Positions 40,726-53,920 of a DNA stretch of 64,000 nucleotides are shown here, piece by piece; the stretch's first letter is position 1, and every line of letters starts with the position of its first letter. The stretch spans positions 110,796,001-110,860,000 of the forward strand of contig NC_086097.1 of assembly GCF_963921235.1 (NCBI RefSeq), read 5' to 3'. The notes beneath the pieces were generated by a model. The model worked only from the letters and a program-made list of their open reading frames with translations, was not told the origin of the DNA and did not search any database. The translations under genes were made by a program, and so were the position numbers. This DNA comes from Mobula hypostoma (lineage: Eukaryota).

Positions 40726-41819
40726 TATTCACTGAACCACAGCCAATCTTACAGACTAAACTGTGCCAGTCTGTGCCCCATAGAACCAATTGTAAAAAGG
40801 CTATAATTAAAATCTCAACTAAAATTAAATTTCAGAATCGTTAGGATCATTTATGACTGATGATATGACCTGTGTAGTACAACACTAAAAATAACAGAGC
40901 TTCTTCTAGCTCTCAACTATTAATTAACTTCGTAGGAAAATCAAAATGAGCTTTCATGCAATCTATTGGAATTAAATAGAAATGATGTTGACGTTAAAAA
41001 GCTCTGCTTTAAAAGGAAAGGAGATAGAACAGGAGAAGCAAGTAATTACTCAGAGGAACTCAGCAGGTTGGGCAGTATCTATGGAAATGAATAGAGAGTT
41101 GGTGTTTTGAGCTGAGACTCTTCTTCAGGACGGGTCTTGGCCTGAAATGTCGACTGTTTATTTATTTCCATAGATGCTGCCTGACCTGCTGAGTTCCTCC
41201 AGCATTTTGCTTGTCTGGTTTAGAATGCGAGAAGTGTTCCTACAGCCAGTTGAGCACGCAAAGTTGAGGTTAAGTGAATAAAGAGATAAGGGAGGTTGGG
41301 AGTTAAAGAACTAAGTTTTGAATTGTCTTAGCTTGATGTGTGCTATGTGCATTAAAGTGAACAACCAAGAAATATTAACAGAACAGCACAGTAATAGGCC
41401 CTACGGCCCATAATGTTGAGCCAAACAAATTAATCTAATAATTAAGAGCCTAATTAAACTAATCCCTCCTGCCTTCAAATATTCATATATACCCTCCATT
41501 CTCCACACATTCATCTGCCGAAGAGCATCTTAAGGCATCAATCATATTTACTTCGATTATCACATTCCAGGTATCCCTACTCTGTGAAATAAAAACTTGT
41601 CCCATACATCTCTCTTGAACTGATCATCTCTCAATTTAAATGCATGCCATCTAGTATTTGACATTTCAACCCTGGGGAAAAAAGATACTAGGTGTCCAGT
41701 TTATCTATGCCTTCGTAATCTTGAAAACTTCTGTCTGGTTAATCCTCAGTGTCCAGCACTCCAGGGAAAACAAAACCCCAGTTTGCCCAACCTCTTCTCA
41801 CTGCCATCCAAATCTAGTT

Positions 41820-42555
41820 ACATAGAAACATAGAAAATAGGTGCAGGAGTAGGCCATTCGGCCCTTCAAGCCTGCACAATGATCATGGCTGATCATCCAA
41901 CTCAGAACCCTGTACCAGCCTTCCCTCTATACCCCCGATCCCTTTAGCCACAAGGGCCATATCTAACTCCCTCTTAAATTTAGTCAATGAACTGGCCTCA
42001 ACTGTTTCCTGTGGCAGAGAATTCCACAGATTCACCACTCTCTGTGTGAAGAAGTTTTTCCTAATCTCGGTCCTAAAAGGCTTCCCCTTTATCCTCAAAC
42101 TGTGACCCCTCGTTCTGGACTTCCCCAACATCGGGAACAATCTTCCTGCATCTAGCCTGTCTAATCCCTTTAGGATTTTATACGTTTCAATCAGATCCCC
42201 CCGCAATCTTCTAAATTCCGACGAGTATAAGCCTAGTTCATCCAGTCTTTCATCAGATGAAAGTCATGCCATCCTAGGAATCAATCTGGTGAACCTTCTT
42301 TGTACTCCCTCTATGGCAAGGATGTCTTTCCTCAGATTAGGGGACCAAAACTGCACACAATACTCCAGGTGTGGTCTCACCAAGGCCTTGTACAACTGCA
42401 GTAGTACCTCCCTGCTCCTGTACTCGAATCCTCTTGCTATAAATGCCAGCATACCATTCGCCTTTTTCACTGCCTGCTGTACCTGCATGCCCACTTTCAA
42501 TGACTGGTGTATAATGACACCCAGTTCTCCTTGCACCTCCCCTTTTCCTAACCGA
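41820..42555 (-). mobile_element. CR1 LINE 3' fragment, highly similar to 43806-44545
   Basis: RPHLEYCVQFWSP and FFTQRVVNLWNSLP, with the same tail. Confidence 0.95.
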
Positions 42556-43389
42556 TAATCCCCTTCTGCACCCTCTCCACATGTCATCCAAACCAGATAG
42601 CATACCCGTTTACCCCCTTCTGCATTCTCTCCACATGCTGTCAATAACAGGGCAACCACAACTGAATGCAATTCTCCAGAATTTTTTAACCTGCAACAGA
42701 ACTTTCTGATTTTTAATCTCAATGTCTTGACTAAAAAAGGAAAAGATGCCATATGCCTTCTTTACCACCCTATCAAACTTGGCACTTTAGGAAGCAGTGA
42801 ACTTGGATCTCAAGGTTCCTCTGTTAAGAGTCCTTCCCAAAGTGCAACGCCTCATACTTTCAAGGATGAAATTCCATTTGCTGGTCTCTGCACATATCTG
42901 CAACTGATCTATATTCCACCGTATCCTTTGGCAATCTCCTATGCTATCGACAATGCTGCTGCCACCAATCTTTACAACCCCTGTGAACTTAGTAAGCCAT
43001 CCATTCACATTTTCATCCGAGTCAGTGATATATCACAAACAGCAGAGGTCCCTATAAGGATCCCTTCAGAACTAATCATTGACCTCCAAGCCAGACAACC
43101 TCCAATCAATGATTACTCTCCATGCCTTTTATTCTGTACAATCAGAACAAGCTGCAAGCTGTAATAACACACAAAGTTACTATATGCACAGGATTTCTAA
43201 TGCAGGATTTATCCAGATGCTAGATAACCCGGTCAAAAGTAACCCTTCTCAAATTGAAAATGATCAGATAATAAGCTTAGAAGTAGAAAAACTAAGGCCC
43301 AAAATGTTGAGATGTCTGTGTTCAGATGACCAGGTTGGCCAATTGCCAACCTTCAAGCTGCAGTTTTGATATTTAGTGCATGTATTGGT

Positions 43390-43775
43390 TAGCCCTTTCC
43401 TTCTGCTAGCCTGCAGGTTACTTTTCGCACCTGCTTAAACCCCCCGCCCCACCCCAATCAGTGTCACATGAAGCCATGGGAACAGGTGGTGGATAGTCAT
43501 ATGAGCAGCTGGTGCAGATCATATGTCCTGGTTATACAACCACTGACACCAGGTAAGCAATCTAATGAGTATTTATAATGGCTGGGGTCACCAGTCTTGT
43601 AAAGACAATGCCCAGAGGAAGGCAATGACAAACCACTTCTATAGGAAAATCTGCCGAGAACAATCCTGGTCATGAGAGCATGATCGCCTACGTCATATGA
43701 CATGGCACATAATGATGATGTCATACCACATAATGATGATGTAATACGACACGGCACGTAATCATGATGACAACG
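43390..43775 (+). mobile_element. SINE-like element with an RTE-related segment and a reiterated 3' end; a possibly analogous element at 17490-17810
   Basis: GAAGGCAATGACAAACCACTTC motif; the tail CATA..ACA.GGCAC.TAATGATGATG is repeated about three times. Confidence 0.5.
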
Positions 43776-43805
43776 ACTGTTTGGCATTGATTGTTCAATC
43801 CACAT

Positions 43806-46535
43806 CATAGAAACATAGAAACATAGAAAATAGGTGCAGGAGTAGGCCATTCGGCCCTTCGAGCCTGCACCGCCATTTATTATGATCATGGCTGATCATC
43901 CAACTCAGAACCCCGCCCCAGCCCTCCCTCCATACCCCCTGACCCCCGTAGCCACAAGGGCCATATCTAACTCCCTCTTAAATATAGCCAATGAACTGGC
44001 CTCAACTGTTTCCTGTGGCAGAGAATTCCACAGATTCACCACTCTCTGTGTGAAGAAGTTTTTCCTAATCTCGGTCCTAAAAGGCTTCCCCTCTATCCTC
44101 AAACTGTAGCTCCTCGTTCTGGACTTCCCCAACATCTTCCTGCATCTAGCCTGTCCAATCCCTTTAGGATCTTATACGTTTCAATCAGATCCCCCCTCAA
44201 TCTTCTAAATTCCGACGAGTATAAGCCTAGTTCATCCAGTCTTTCATCAGATGAAAGTCATGCCATCCTAGGAATCAATCTGGTGAACCTTCTTTGTACT
44301 CCCTCTATGGCAAGGATGTCTTTCCTCAGATTAGGGGACCAAAACTGCACACAATACTCCAGGTGTGGTCTCACCAAGGCCTTGTACAACTGCAGTAGTA
44401 CCTCCCTGCTCCTGTACTCGAATCCTCTCGCTATAAATGCCAGCATACCATTCACCTTTTTCACCGCCTGCTGTACCTGCATGCCCACTTTCAATGACTG
44501 GTGTATAATGACATCCAGGTCTCGTTGCACCTCCCCTTTTCCTAATCGGCCACCATTCAGATAATAATCTGTTTTCCTATTTTTGCCACCAAAGTGGATA
44601 ACTTCACATTTATCCACATTAAATTGCATCTGCCATGAATTTGCCCACTCACCCAACCTATCCAAGTCACCCTGCATCCTCCTCACAGCTAACACTGCCA
44701 CCCAGCTTCGTGTCATCCGCAAACTTGGAGATGCTGCATTTAATTCCCTCATCCAAGTCATTAATATATATTGTAAACAACTGGGGTCCCAGCACTGAGC
44801 CTTGCGGTACCCCACTAGTCACCGCCTGCCATTCTGAAAATGTCCCGTTTATTCCCACTCTTTGCTTCCTGTCTGCTAACCAATTCTCCACCCACACCAA
44901 TACCTTACCCCCAATACTGTGCGCTTTAAGTTTGCACACTAATCTCCTGTGTGGGACCTTGTCAAAACCCTTTTGAAAATCGAAATATACCACATCCACT
45001 GGTTCTCCCCTATCCACTCTACTAGTTACATCCTCAAAAAATTCTATGAGATTCGTCAGACATGATTTTCCTTTCATAAATCCATGCTGACTTTGTCCAA
45101 TCATTTCACCGCTTTCCAAATGTGCTGTTATCACATCCTTGATAACTGACTCCAGCAGTTTCCCCACCACCGACGTTAGGCTAACCAGTCTATAATTCCC
45201 CGGTTTCTCTCTCCCTCCTTTTTTAAAAAGTGGGGTTACATTAGCCACCCTCCAATCCTCAGGAACTAGTCCAGAATCTAACGAGTTTTGAAAAATTATC
45301 ACTAATGCATCCAACTATTTCTTGGGCTACTTCCTTAAGCACTCTAGGATGCAGACCATCTGGCCCTGGGGATTTATCTGCCTTCAATCCCTTCAATTTA
45401 CCTAACACCACTTCCCTACTAACATGTATTTCACTCAGTTCCTCCATCTCACTGGACCCCCTGTCCCCTACTATTTCTGGAAGATTATTTATGTCCTCCT
45501 TAGTGAAGACAGAACCAAAGTAATTATTCAATTGGTCTGCCATGTCCTTGCTCCCCATAATCAATTCACCTGTTTCTGTCTGCAGGGGACCTACTTTACC
45601 AGTCTTTTCCTTTTTACATATCTATAAAAGCTTTTACAGTCCGTTTTTATGTTCCCTGCCAGTTTTCTCTCATAATCTTTTTTCCCCTTCCTAATTAAGC
45701 CCTTTGTCCTCCTCTGCTGAACTCTGAATTTCTCCCAGTCCTCAGGTGAGCCACTTTCTCTGGCTAATTTGTATGCTTCTTCTTTGGAATTGATACTATC
45801 CCTAATTTCTCTTGTCAGCCACGGGTGCACTACCTTCCTTGATTTATTCTTTTGCCAAACTGGGATGAACAATTGTTGTAGTTCATCCATGCAACCTTTA
45901 AATGTTTGCCATTGCATATCCACCGTCAATCCTTTAAGTGTCATTTGCCAGTCTATCTTAGCTAATTCACGTCTCATACCTTCAAAGTTACCCCTCTTTA
46001 AGTTCAGAACCATTGTTTCTGAATTAACTATGTCACTCTCCATCTTAATGAAGAATTCCACCATATTATGGTCACTCTTACCCAAGGGGCCTCTCACGAC
46101 AAGATTGCTAATTAACCCTTCCTCATTGCTCAAAACCCAGTCCAGAATAACCTGCTCTCTAGTTGGTTCCTCGACATGTTGGTTCAAAAAAACCATCCCG
46201 CATACATTCCAAGAAATCCTCTTCCTCAGCACCTTTACCAATTTGGTTCACCCAATCTACATGTAGATTGAAGTCACCCATTATAACTGCTGTTCCTTTA
46301 TTGCACACATTTCTAATTTCCTGTTTAATACCATCTCCGACCTCACTACTACTGTTAGGTGGCCTGTACACAACTCCCACCAGCGTCTTCTGCCCCTTAG
46401 TGTTACGCAGCTCTACCCATATCGATTCCACATCTTCCCGGCTTATGTCCTTCCTTTCTATTGCGTTAATCTCTTCTTTAACCAGCAACGTCACCCCACC
46501 TCCCCTTCCTTCATGTCTATCCCTCCTGAATATCA
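43806..46535 (-). mobile_element. CR1 LINE, 5'-truncated, relatively young (APE endonuclease through RT and 3' tail)
   Basis: Frameshifted ORF2 pieces: [68 protein letters not shown]. 3' tail (TTTCTATG)n at 43806-43830. Confidence 0.95.
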
Positions 46536-46732
46536 AGACAAATTAATCAACAATTAATTTAGACAAGGCATTTCAGGTCATCCATATAAATGTTTATATC
46601 AAAACATAGAAACAAAGAAAAGATCTTGGGGGATGAGCTGGAAATAAATTTTATTGCAAATTAGCCACCAGAGAGATTATAAAAGAGAAGGCAACTAAAT
46701 TTTCTCAAATGCTAAAAAAGTCATTGTCTTAC

Positions 46733-46839
46733 CAGAATACTACCATTGCCTCCTTCCTGTCTGGACAGACTCACTCCCATCCACTCATTGTTCCTGTTCT
46801 CTCTGCAGGTTTTACCACAAGATTTTCCTTGTTGATTCC
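46733..46839 (-). CDS. ITGA9: Integrin alpha-9, coding exon 3 (107 bp)
   Basis: Acceptor TTCACAG|GG, donor CTG|GTAAGA. Translates (G)NQQGKSCGKTCRENRNNEWMGVSLSRQEGGNGSIL, carrying the alpha4/alpha9 CGKTC...W(M/L)GV motif, in frame with exon 2. Confidence 0.95.
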
Positions 46840-47504
46840 CTGTGAATTCCAAAACAATTTATATACATACATGAATGCCAACAACAGTCAAACAACAGAG
46901 AGAAAATTAATGATATCAGGACAAAATAAATGACAATCAATACATCTTACCTCCATCTAAAAACATTTATAAGCAACAGAAGCAGCAAGTCATCCCACTA
47001 TCATTCAAAAAGATTATGCCTAAGCACCATTTCTAAATTCATCCCATATTCTTTTAATACTAAAAGTCCTATATATCACATAGTATTGTTGCATACAAAG
47101 TCAATACAGTTTTCTGAATGTTGTCACCATTGCTGTAAAGATACACAAGTCTGCAAGTCTTGCAAACTTGTCTTCTGTGACAGTATAGAAACGAAACATT
47201 AATCTCGTAGATATGGTTGCATGCAACTATGAAAAAAGATTAAAATGATAAATCTTTCATTTTTATAGAGCAATAATGCTTATCATAAATTTGTCCTTAA
47301 GTATTTCAGGGACAGGAGTAAAAGGATAGTTGGTTGGCTTCACCTCATGGGTACAGTTATATATGTAACGCTCAATGACAGAGCAGACAGGAAAGGAGAA
47401 AGACCTTTGTGATCAATTCAGGTTCATGTTGTTGACCATCCCCATACCACCACAACCTCCAGGTGCAGCACTGAGTTAGCTGAAGAGCTCACTGACCGAA
47501 ACCA

Positions 47505-48202
47505 CTGAACACATCCACATCAAACGCTGTTCAAGGAAAGCAGCATCCATCACCAGAGATTCCCACCACCCAGGTCATGCTCTCTTCTTGCTACTGCAAT
47601 CAGTTTGAAGATACAAAAGCCTCAGGACTCACACCACCAGGTTCAGGAACAGTTACTACCCCTCAACTATCAAGCTCTTGAACAAAACTACATTCACTTG
47701 CCCCGTTATTGAAATGTTCCCACAACCAATGTCCTCTCTTTAAGCAACATACATCAAAGTTGCTGGTGAACGCAGCAGGCCAGGCAGCATCTATAGGAAG
47801 AGGCGCAGTCGACGTTTCAGGCCGAGACCCTTGTTGAAGGGTCTTGGCCTGAAACGTCGACTGCGCCTCTTCCTATAGATGCTGCCTGGCCTGCTGCGTT
47901 CACCAGCAACTTTGATGTGTGTTGCTTGAATTTCCAGCATCTGCAGAATTCCTGTTGTTTGCGTTTAAAAATCCTCTCTTTAAGGACTCTTTATTTCATA
48001 TTCTCATGTTCTTGCTAGTTATGTATGTTTGCCTTTGCACAGTTTGTCGTCTTCTGCACTCTGATTGAACTTTCACCGATCCTGTTATAATTACTATTCT
48101 ATAGATTTGCCGAGTATGCCCACAGGAAAATTAATTTCAGGGTTGTATGTATGAGGAAGACATATACATACTTTGAAAATAACATTTACTTCAAACTTTG
48201 AA
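47505..48202 (+). mobile_element. Rex1/Babar-type LINE 3' end, host of the fold-back PLE; paralogs at 52510-52950 and 55085-58365
   Basis: CACCACCAGGTTCAGGAACAGTTACTACCCC (TTRFRNSYYP) and an ACTTTGA tail. Confidence 0.8.
47742..47971. mobile_element. Fold-back (inverted) PLE terminal insertion with a 13-bp TSD
   Basis: 91-bp arms at 47742-47832 and 47837-47927 with 2 mismatches. TCCTCTCTTTAAG at 47732-47744 and 47972-47984. Confidence 0.85.
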
Positions 48203-48649
48203 ACAACATGGGGTCATTCAACATGGGCCTCCTTATTGAAATAATGGGGCCTTAAAATGAAAGTGCATGCCAGAACACAAGAATGTCACTACCCTAATCT
48301 GAGGTACGCATAAAATCCTGTATACCAGACTAAAGAGAATACATTGATGCACAGCGCCCTCAAATGTGTAACGTTCCACTGAAATATAACATTTTGTACT
48401 GTGGCCCTGACACGAGTGGGACATAAAACTTAAATTCCCTTCCTTAAGCAAACATGGAAGGTCAATTAAATACCAGGGCCTTAGGTTAACACTAAGAGGC
48501 ATTGCAACAAAACTATAATGACGTTAAAATTTGGCATTATCTGCAAGCTACTGGTTAACAAATTTCAAACAGATAATTGAGAGATGCACTTTCATTTTAA
48601 GGCCCCATTATTTCAATAAGGAGGCCCATGTTGAATGACCCCATGTTGT
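48203..48649. repeat. Perfect 66-bp inverted repeat with a 315-bp spacer
   Basis: 48203-48268 is the exact reverse complement of 48584-48649. Confidence 0.9.
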
Positions 48650-49200
48650 ATCACTCTCTAACTATCCACTAAACCACCGCTGTCCTTCTAGTGAAAATTG
48701 TCTAATAAACCGGAATTTCCAGCATTCTGGTGCAACACCTGTGAGATAGTGAATACCTTTCCAAAGCAGGACTGTATGATTTAGCAGGTTACCTTACAGG
48801 AAGTGCTACACCCCTGCAGTTGCTGCCTTTATTCCATTAGAATGTATTACAGGAGGCATTACCAAAGGAACCCAGTCAGTTTTCTATGTTGTGGATAGTG
48901 TATGCTGCAATCACAGAAAATCAGTGATGGTCAGTCTGAATGTACTGGTTAATTATGAGGAAGAGCAAAAATCAGAATGCTTGACTCTAGACATGTAAAA
49001 CTTCTTCAGTGTTGCACTAATCCAGAAAAATGTACTTCTTTTACAAGACTAAACTTAATGACGAAGTTGGTGAGGTCAGGAGGTGATACCCTCACTCTAC
49101 TATACTTTTCTAAATATGTTTTTACAATCTAGAAACTAATACCTGGTCTGGTCTATGGTGATCCCGAACACTGGATGGAGGGAGGCTGTTAAGTAACACT

Positions 49201-49349
49201 TACAAAGTTCTGGAGGCCCTGATAAAGAGTCTCGGCACAAAACATCAACTGTTCGTTCTCTCTCCATAGATGTTACCTGACCTGCAGAGTTCCTCCAGCA
49301 CTTCATGTGTGTTCCTCAAGATTTCCTGCATCTGAAGGACCTCTTGTGC
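49201..49349 (+). mobile_element. Short PLE terminal insertion with an 11-bp TSD
   Basis: TAAGTAACACT at 49190-49200 and 49350-49360; degenerate CTGATAAAGAGTCTCGGCACAAAA core. Confidence 0.7.
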
Positions 49350-50657
49350 TAAGTAACACTGTTGTTGAATATGGGGAAGTAGTTGGCCTTTGTCTTACTG
49401 CAGACGGTCTTTGGCTGGGACTTAAATGGCATGTTAGCTTCACATCAGCCAAAGTCAGAATACTGCCCAGACCTCAGGACATGTAAACGTGAACCATCTC
49501 TCTGGTCAATAAGGTGGAAATGTGTCTACCTCTTCTCCCCTTCCTATTTCTTTGTTGCAAAATGACATGCAATGCCCAGGTTCAGCTGGATACAACAGAG
49601 AGCAATGAAGTGAGAGATCCTCTCTGCAATATATAGGATACATTTAAGAATCCTAATGGTTGTTCCCACTATATTGTATATTGCTCCATTAGGCTTATTA
49701 AATCCCTGACAAATGCATGAAATCATAGATTTAGAGACAAAACTTGACTCCCAAGAGTCAAAAGTTGCTTCTGTATTACATCAGAATGACACAATGGACA
49801 CCAAAAGGATAAACAGAATTCAAATTCTGTCCCTCCCTGTATTAATTTCAGTTCCATCATATCTCCCGGTTCTCAGGGTCCCATCTACTAAAAAGAAAGC
49901 ATGTTGTATGCCACTTTAATCATCAGCTACTTTAAAGATCTGAGGAATCTGCAGGGAAAATGTGGTAACAACACTGCAAAATTATGCAAATAATTGCTGA
50001 TATCATCCCATCGATCACATATAAATGTCTGTAAACCAGTAGACCCTAGCTCTTTGACATACAGTTTTCATTTCCACCTCTAATTCTTGTATTACACTAT
50101 GGAAACTAATGATTCCACATTACATTTCTATTATACACTGCAAAAAAATATTCTTTGAACAGTCACAAGCATTCCTCTTATATGTGAGTAGTCATGAGGC
50201 TTGTTTGGTTAACGGCGGTTATGTGATTTCACAGTCACTTAACTATGACAATCATTGCTGTAAACCCTTAAACCCTCAGGCAGGTCTGTGCCTCCTGCCG
50301 CAGACCAGTTTAGGATACAACCTCCCCTTGCCCTTGACTTTTCTGACCAGGTGCCAATAAGATTTGCTAAAACCTACGCAAAACACATCGGATTACAGTT
50401 CCCTCATCGATCCTCCATGTTGCCACCTCAACAAATTCAACTGTTAGTCAAAATCTACTTTTACACTCACTATTCCTGTCTTTACCTCAGAATTCCTTCC
50501 CTCAGGCTTCTAATAAAATTGATCGCAATAATTTGCTCTTCACTAAAGTGAAACTAATTAGTCTTATAATGATGCTTCCATTCCCTGTTCATCCTTCCCC
50601 ACTTCTGAAGAATTAACACATACAGTATTTTGCAGTCCTCCACCTACTACTGCTCCT

Positions 50658-50852
50658 CAATGTTCCCTGTAAGCAGCACGGGTGCACAGCCACACGGTAA
50701 CTGAAATGCTCCCGTGCACATAGCCTTCGCTGCCACACAGCTGGAATTTTCTTTTATATAATATGTTGTGCAGTTTTCAGGCCATGTAAAAATTTCCGGC
50801 TCAGAGCAATGGTTGGTCCGCACAGCCGTGAAAAAAATTGGAGGGAACATTG
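50658..50852. mobile_element. hAT-type MITE (195 bp)
   Basis: TIR CAATGTTCCCT / AGGGAACATTG; perfect 8-bp TSD CTGCTCCT (50650-50657 and 50853-50860). Confidence 0.9.
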
Positions 50853-51874
50853 CTGCTCCTGCAGCCTTTTAGGGTTGCTACATATTGGCTAAAAGTTCTA
50901 CTGATAGTTTAGGAATTCAATGTCCTAGAGTTTTGTATTCATCAATAAATTATCCACAAATTCAGTCTTCCCTATTCCTCCGACACAGCCAAAGTCTGAG
51001 TTCCCCATTTTCATTCAAAATTCAAGAAAAAATCATTATCAAAGTACATACGTACACCATATACAACCTTGAGATTCATTTTCAACTTACAATGTTACTT
51101 TTTTTTTAAAGATACATTCCTGGGTGTTCAAGGTTCTCAATCTGCTCAGAAGCACGCTGAAAGGCCCCTTCTAGAACAATGGTTAAACCGTGTGAATGCA
51201 AATACTTATATATCACAGTCTGAAACGTGAAAGCTGGTCAAGTCTGACTTCTGCCTGAACAGTTAGAATTTGACACAAATAAGTTTTATTCAAAAGGCAA
51301 AACCTAATTTTTTCAACCATTTATTTTCATTCACTTGCCCTTTGTAAAAAATTTCTCTGTTGAAATACTTATAATAATCTGTTTCTGACATTGTTGCACA
51401 ATTTTGATAAGTAATTTAAAATATACAGATATTAAGATTTGGTGAACCAATGGCGAAATAAAACATAGAACAGTACTGCACTGGACAGCCCATTTGCCCC
51501 CACAATGTTATGCTGATCTTGATGCCAATTTGTACTGAATCTTGCCTTCCTGCCTACCTTATCATCCCTACCTTTCCCTTCCCTTCGTATCTACATGTCT
51601 ATTTAAAAGTCTCTTTAACTACCCACTTCCACCACCACCTCGGTAACCTACCATTCTCTGCATAAAAACTCACCCCTCGCACTAGCCTTAAACTCCCCTC
51701 CTAAGCTTAAAAGCATGTCTTCTGGTGTTTGACATTACTATTGTGGGCAACATGTTCTGAGATCTACCCTATCTATGCCTTTTGTGAGGGAGTGTTCCTA
51801 TTCCTGAGAATGTCGTAAGTTCACGCTACCATATCATTGTACTTCAATACCATGCTTCTGTTTCTAACATTTTA

Positions 51875-52355
51875 CTGGATACTATAGAGAGATTTACAAG
51901 GATGTTGTCTGGATTGAGAATAGGTTAAATGCCTTATGAGAATAGGTTGAGTGAACTTGGCCTTTTCTCCTTGGAGGATGAGAGGTGACCTGATAGAGGT
52001 GTATAAGGTGATAAGAGGCATTGATTGTGTGGATAACCAGAGGCTTTTTCCCAGGGCTGAAATGGCCAACACAAGGGGGCATAGATTTAAGGTGCTTGGA
52101 AGTAGGTACTAGGGGGATGTCGGAGGTAAGTTTTTCCACACAGAGTGGTGGGTGTGTGGAATGCGCTGCCAGCGATGGTGGTAGAGGTGGATACAATAGG
52201 GTCTTTTAAGAGACTCTTAGACAGGTACATGGAGCTTTGAAAAATAGACGGTTATGCAGTAGGGAAATTCTAGGCAGTTTCTAGAGGAGGTTACATGGTC
52301 GGCACAACATAGTGGGCTGAAGGCCTGTAATGTGCTGTAGATTTCTATGTTCTAC
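51875..52355 (+). mobile_element. CR1 LINE 3' fragment, same subfamily as 36160-37100
   Basis: Shared ATGCCTTATGAGAATAGGTTGAGTGAACT and 3' UTR. Confidence 0.85.
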
Positions 52356-53792
52356 GATAATGCACTGTGAAAATACAAATTTCTATTAGTATTTTTGACT
52401 GATGCAGGCTGCTGTCCGTGATCCTAACATTGTCTCAAATTTTTGTTGAATGGCAATATTTCATCAATGCTTTGTCCTGATTAGTCTCATTCTGAAAACA
52501 TCTACACGGAACATTGTCGCAGGAAAGCAGCATCCGCCACCCAGGAGATGCTGTCTCCTCATCACTGCCATCAGAAAGAAGCTACAGCAGCTTCAGGACT
52601 CACACCACCAGGTCCAGGAACAGTTATTATCCCTCAACCATCAGGCTCTTGGAACAAAAGTTGTCCCATCATTGAAATGTTCCCACAAGCAATGGACTCA
52701 CTTTCAAGGACTTTTCATCCCTTATCTTTTGTTCATATATTTATTGCTTATTTCTTTATATTTCTTTTGTTTCTTCTTTTTGCATTTGCACAGTTTGTTG
52801 TCTTCCTTACTCTGGTTGAACAACTAGTTGGTCAGTCATTCATTGATTCTGTTACAGTTACTATTCCAGACATTGAGTATGCCTGCAGGAAAATGAATCT
52901 CAGGTTTGTATATGATGTACTTTGATAATAAAATTTACTTTGCAATTTGAAAAAGTGCTTGTGCATACAAGAAATTATCAGCTCAGAAATATTTCATAAA
53001 GAAGTCCAAAGCAACACTGGATTAACACCCTCAAGTCATTAAACTACTGGTTAGAATCAGACAGTAGGGAATCAGACCATTCTGCCCAACAAGCAAATGT
53101 CAACCAGTGGGTACCCCTCCATACTGCCCATCACTTGCTTCACAGATACTTGTGCCTAAGTGATGCAATGCACATCTAGATACTTCCTAAATGCCATCAG
53201 CAAACCTACTTCAACCATTGAGCGTCAAGTACTTATCACTCTGCAGGTGAAGATTCCCATGTCTACTCTCCATCTCTTCCTCCTTACCTTAACCAATGTC
53301 CTTTATCTTTATCTCCTCCTCCCACCCCCCCCCCCATATGGAGAAAAAAATACTTGCAGTATACCCTATCTATACCCTAAAATTCTATATGCATCGACCT
53401 CATCCCTTCTTAACCTCCTGCACTCAAGGAGAAACTGATCCCAGTTTCTCCTCAGAACTCAACTGCTCCATCCCAGGCAACATCCTGGTCAATCTCCTCT
53501 GCACCCTCTCCAGCGCTGTCAGGTCCTTTCTATACCACAACCGTGCACAGTACTTCAGCTGATGTTTGACCAAGGTTGGAGCATATCGCCTCACTATTTC
53601 TGCGTTCAGTGCCCCGACTAATGAAGGCAGGCCAGTATCCCACGTGCCTTCCGAAACACGTTATCTGCCTGGATCTGTGAGGAAAACATACAGCATTACA
53701 AGAATGGTCCAGGACAAATCGTCACATGGAGCAAAATTGCTTCACACTACGTGCCCATGCACCCTCCGAGGGTTAAGAACGACAAAACCCAC

Positions 53793-53920
53793 CTCGACCC
53801 AGATCCAGCTCTGTACATCTCTTGGCGGGGTTACTGTGGATTCGACATTTGTATACGGCGCCCGGGGACAGCACAGATGAACTATAAGTTGAGTTAGCCT
53901 GGGGGGCCCCAACCAGCACC
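53793..53920 (-). CDS. ITGA9: Integrin alpha-9, coding exon 2 (128 bp; FG-GAP repeat 1)
   Basis: Acceptor TTTTTGCAG|G, donor GAG|GTGGGT. Translates (W)VLVGAPQANSTYSSSVLSPGAVYKCRIHSNPAKRCTELDLGR(G); human ITGA9 reads VLVGAPKADSKYSPSVKSPGAVFKCRVHTNPDRRCTELDMARG (recalled). Phase 2 in, phase 1 out. Confidence 0.96.

Noticed and set aside
30212..46535. Active autonomous retroelements
   Set aside because: All RT and endonuclease frames seen are truncated or broken by stops and frameshifts.
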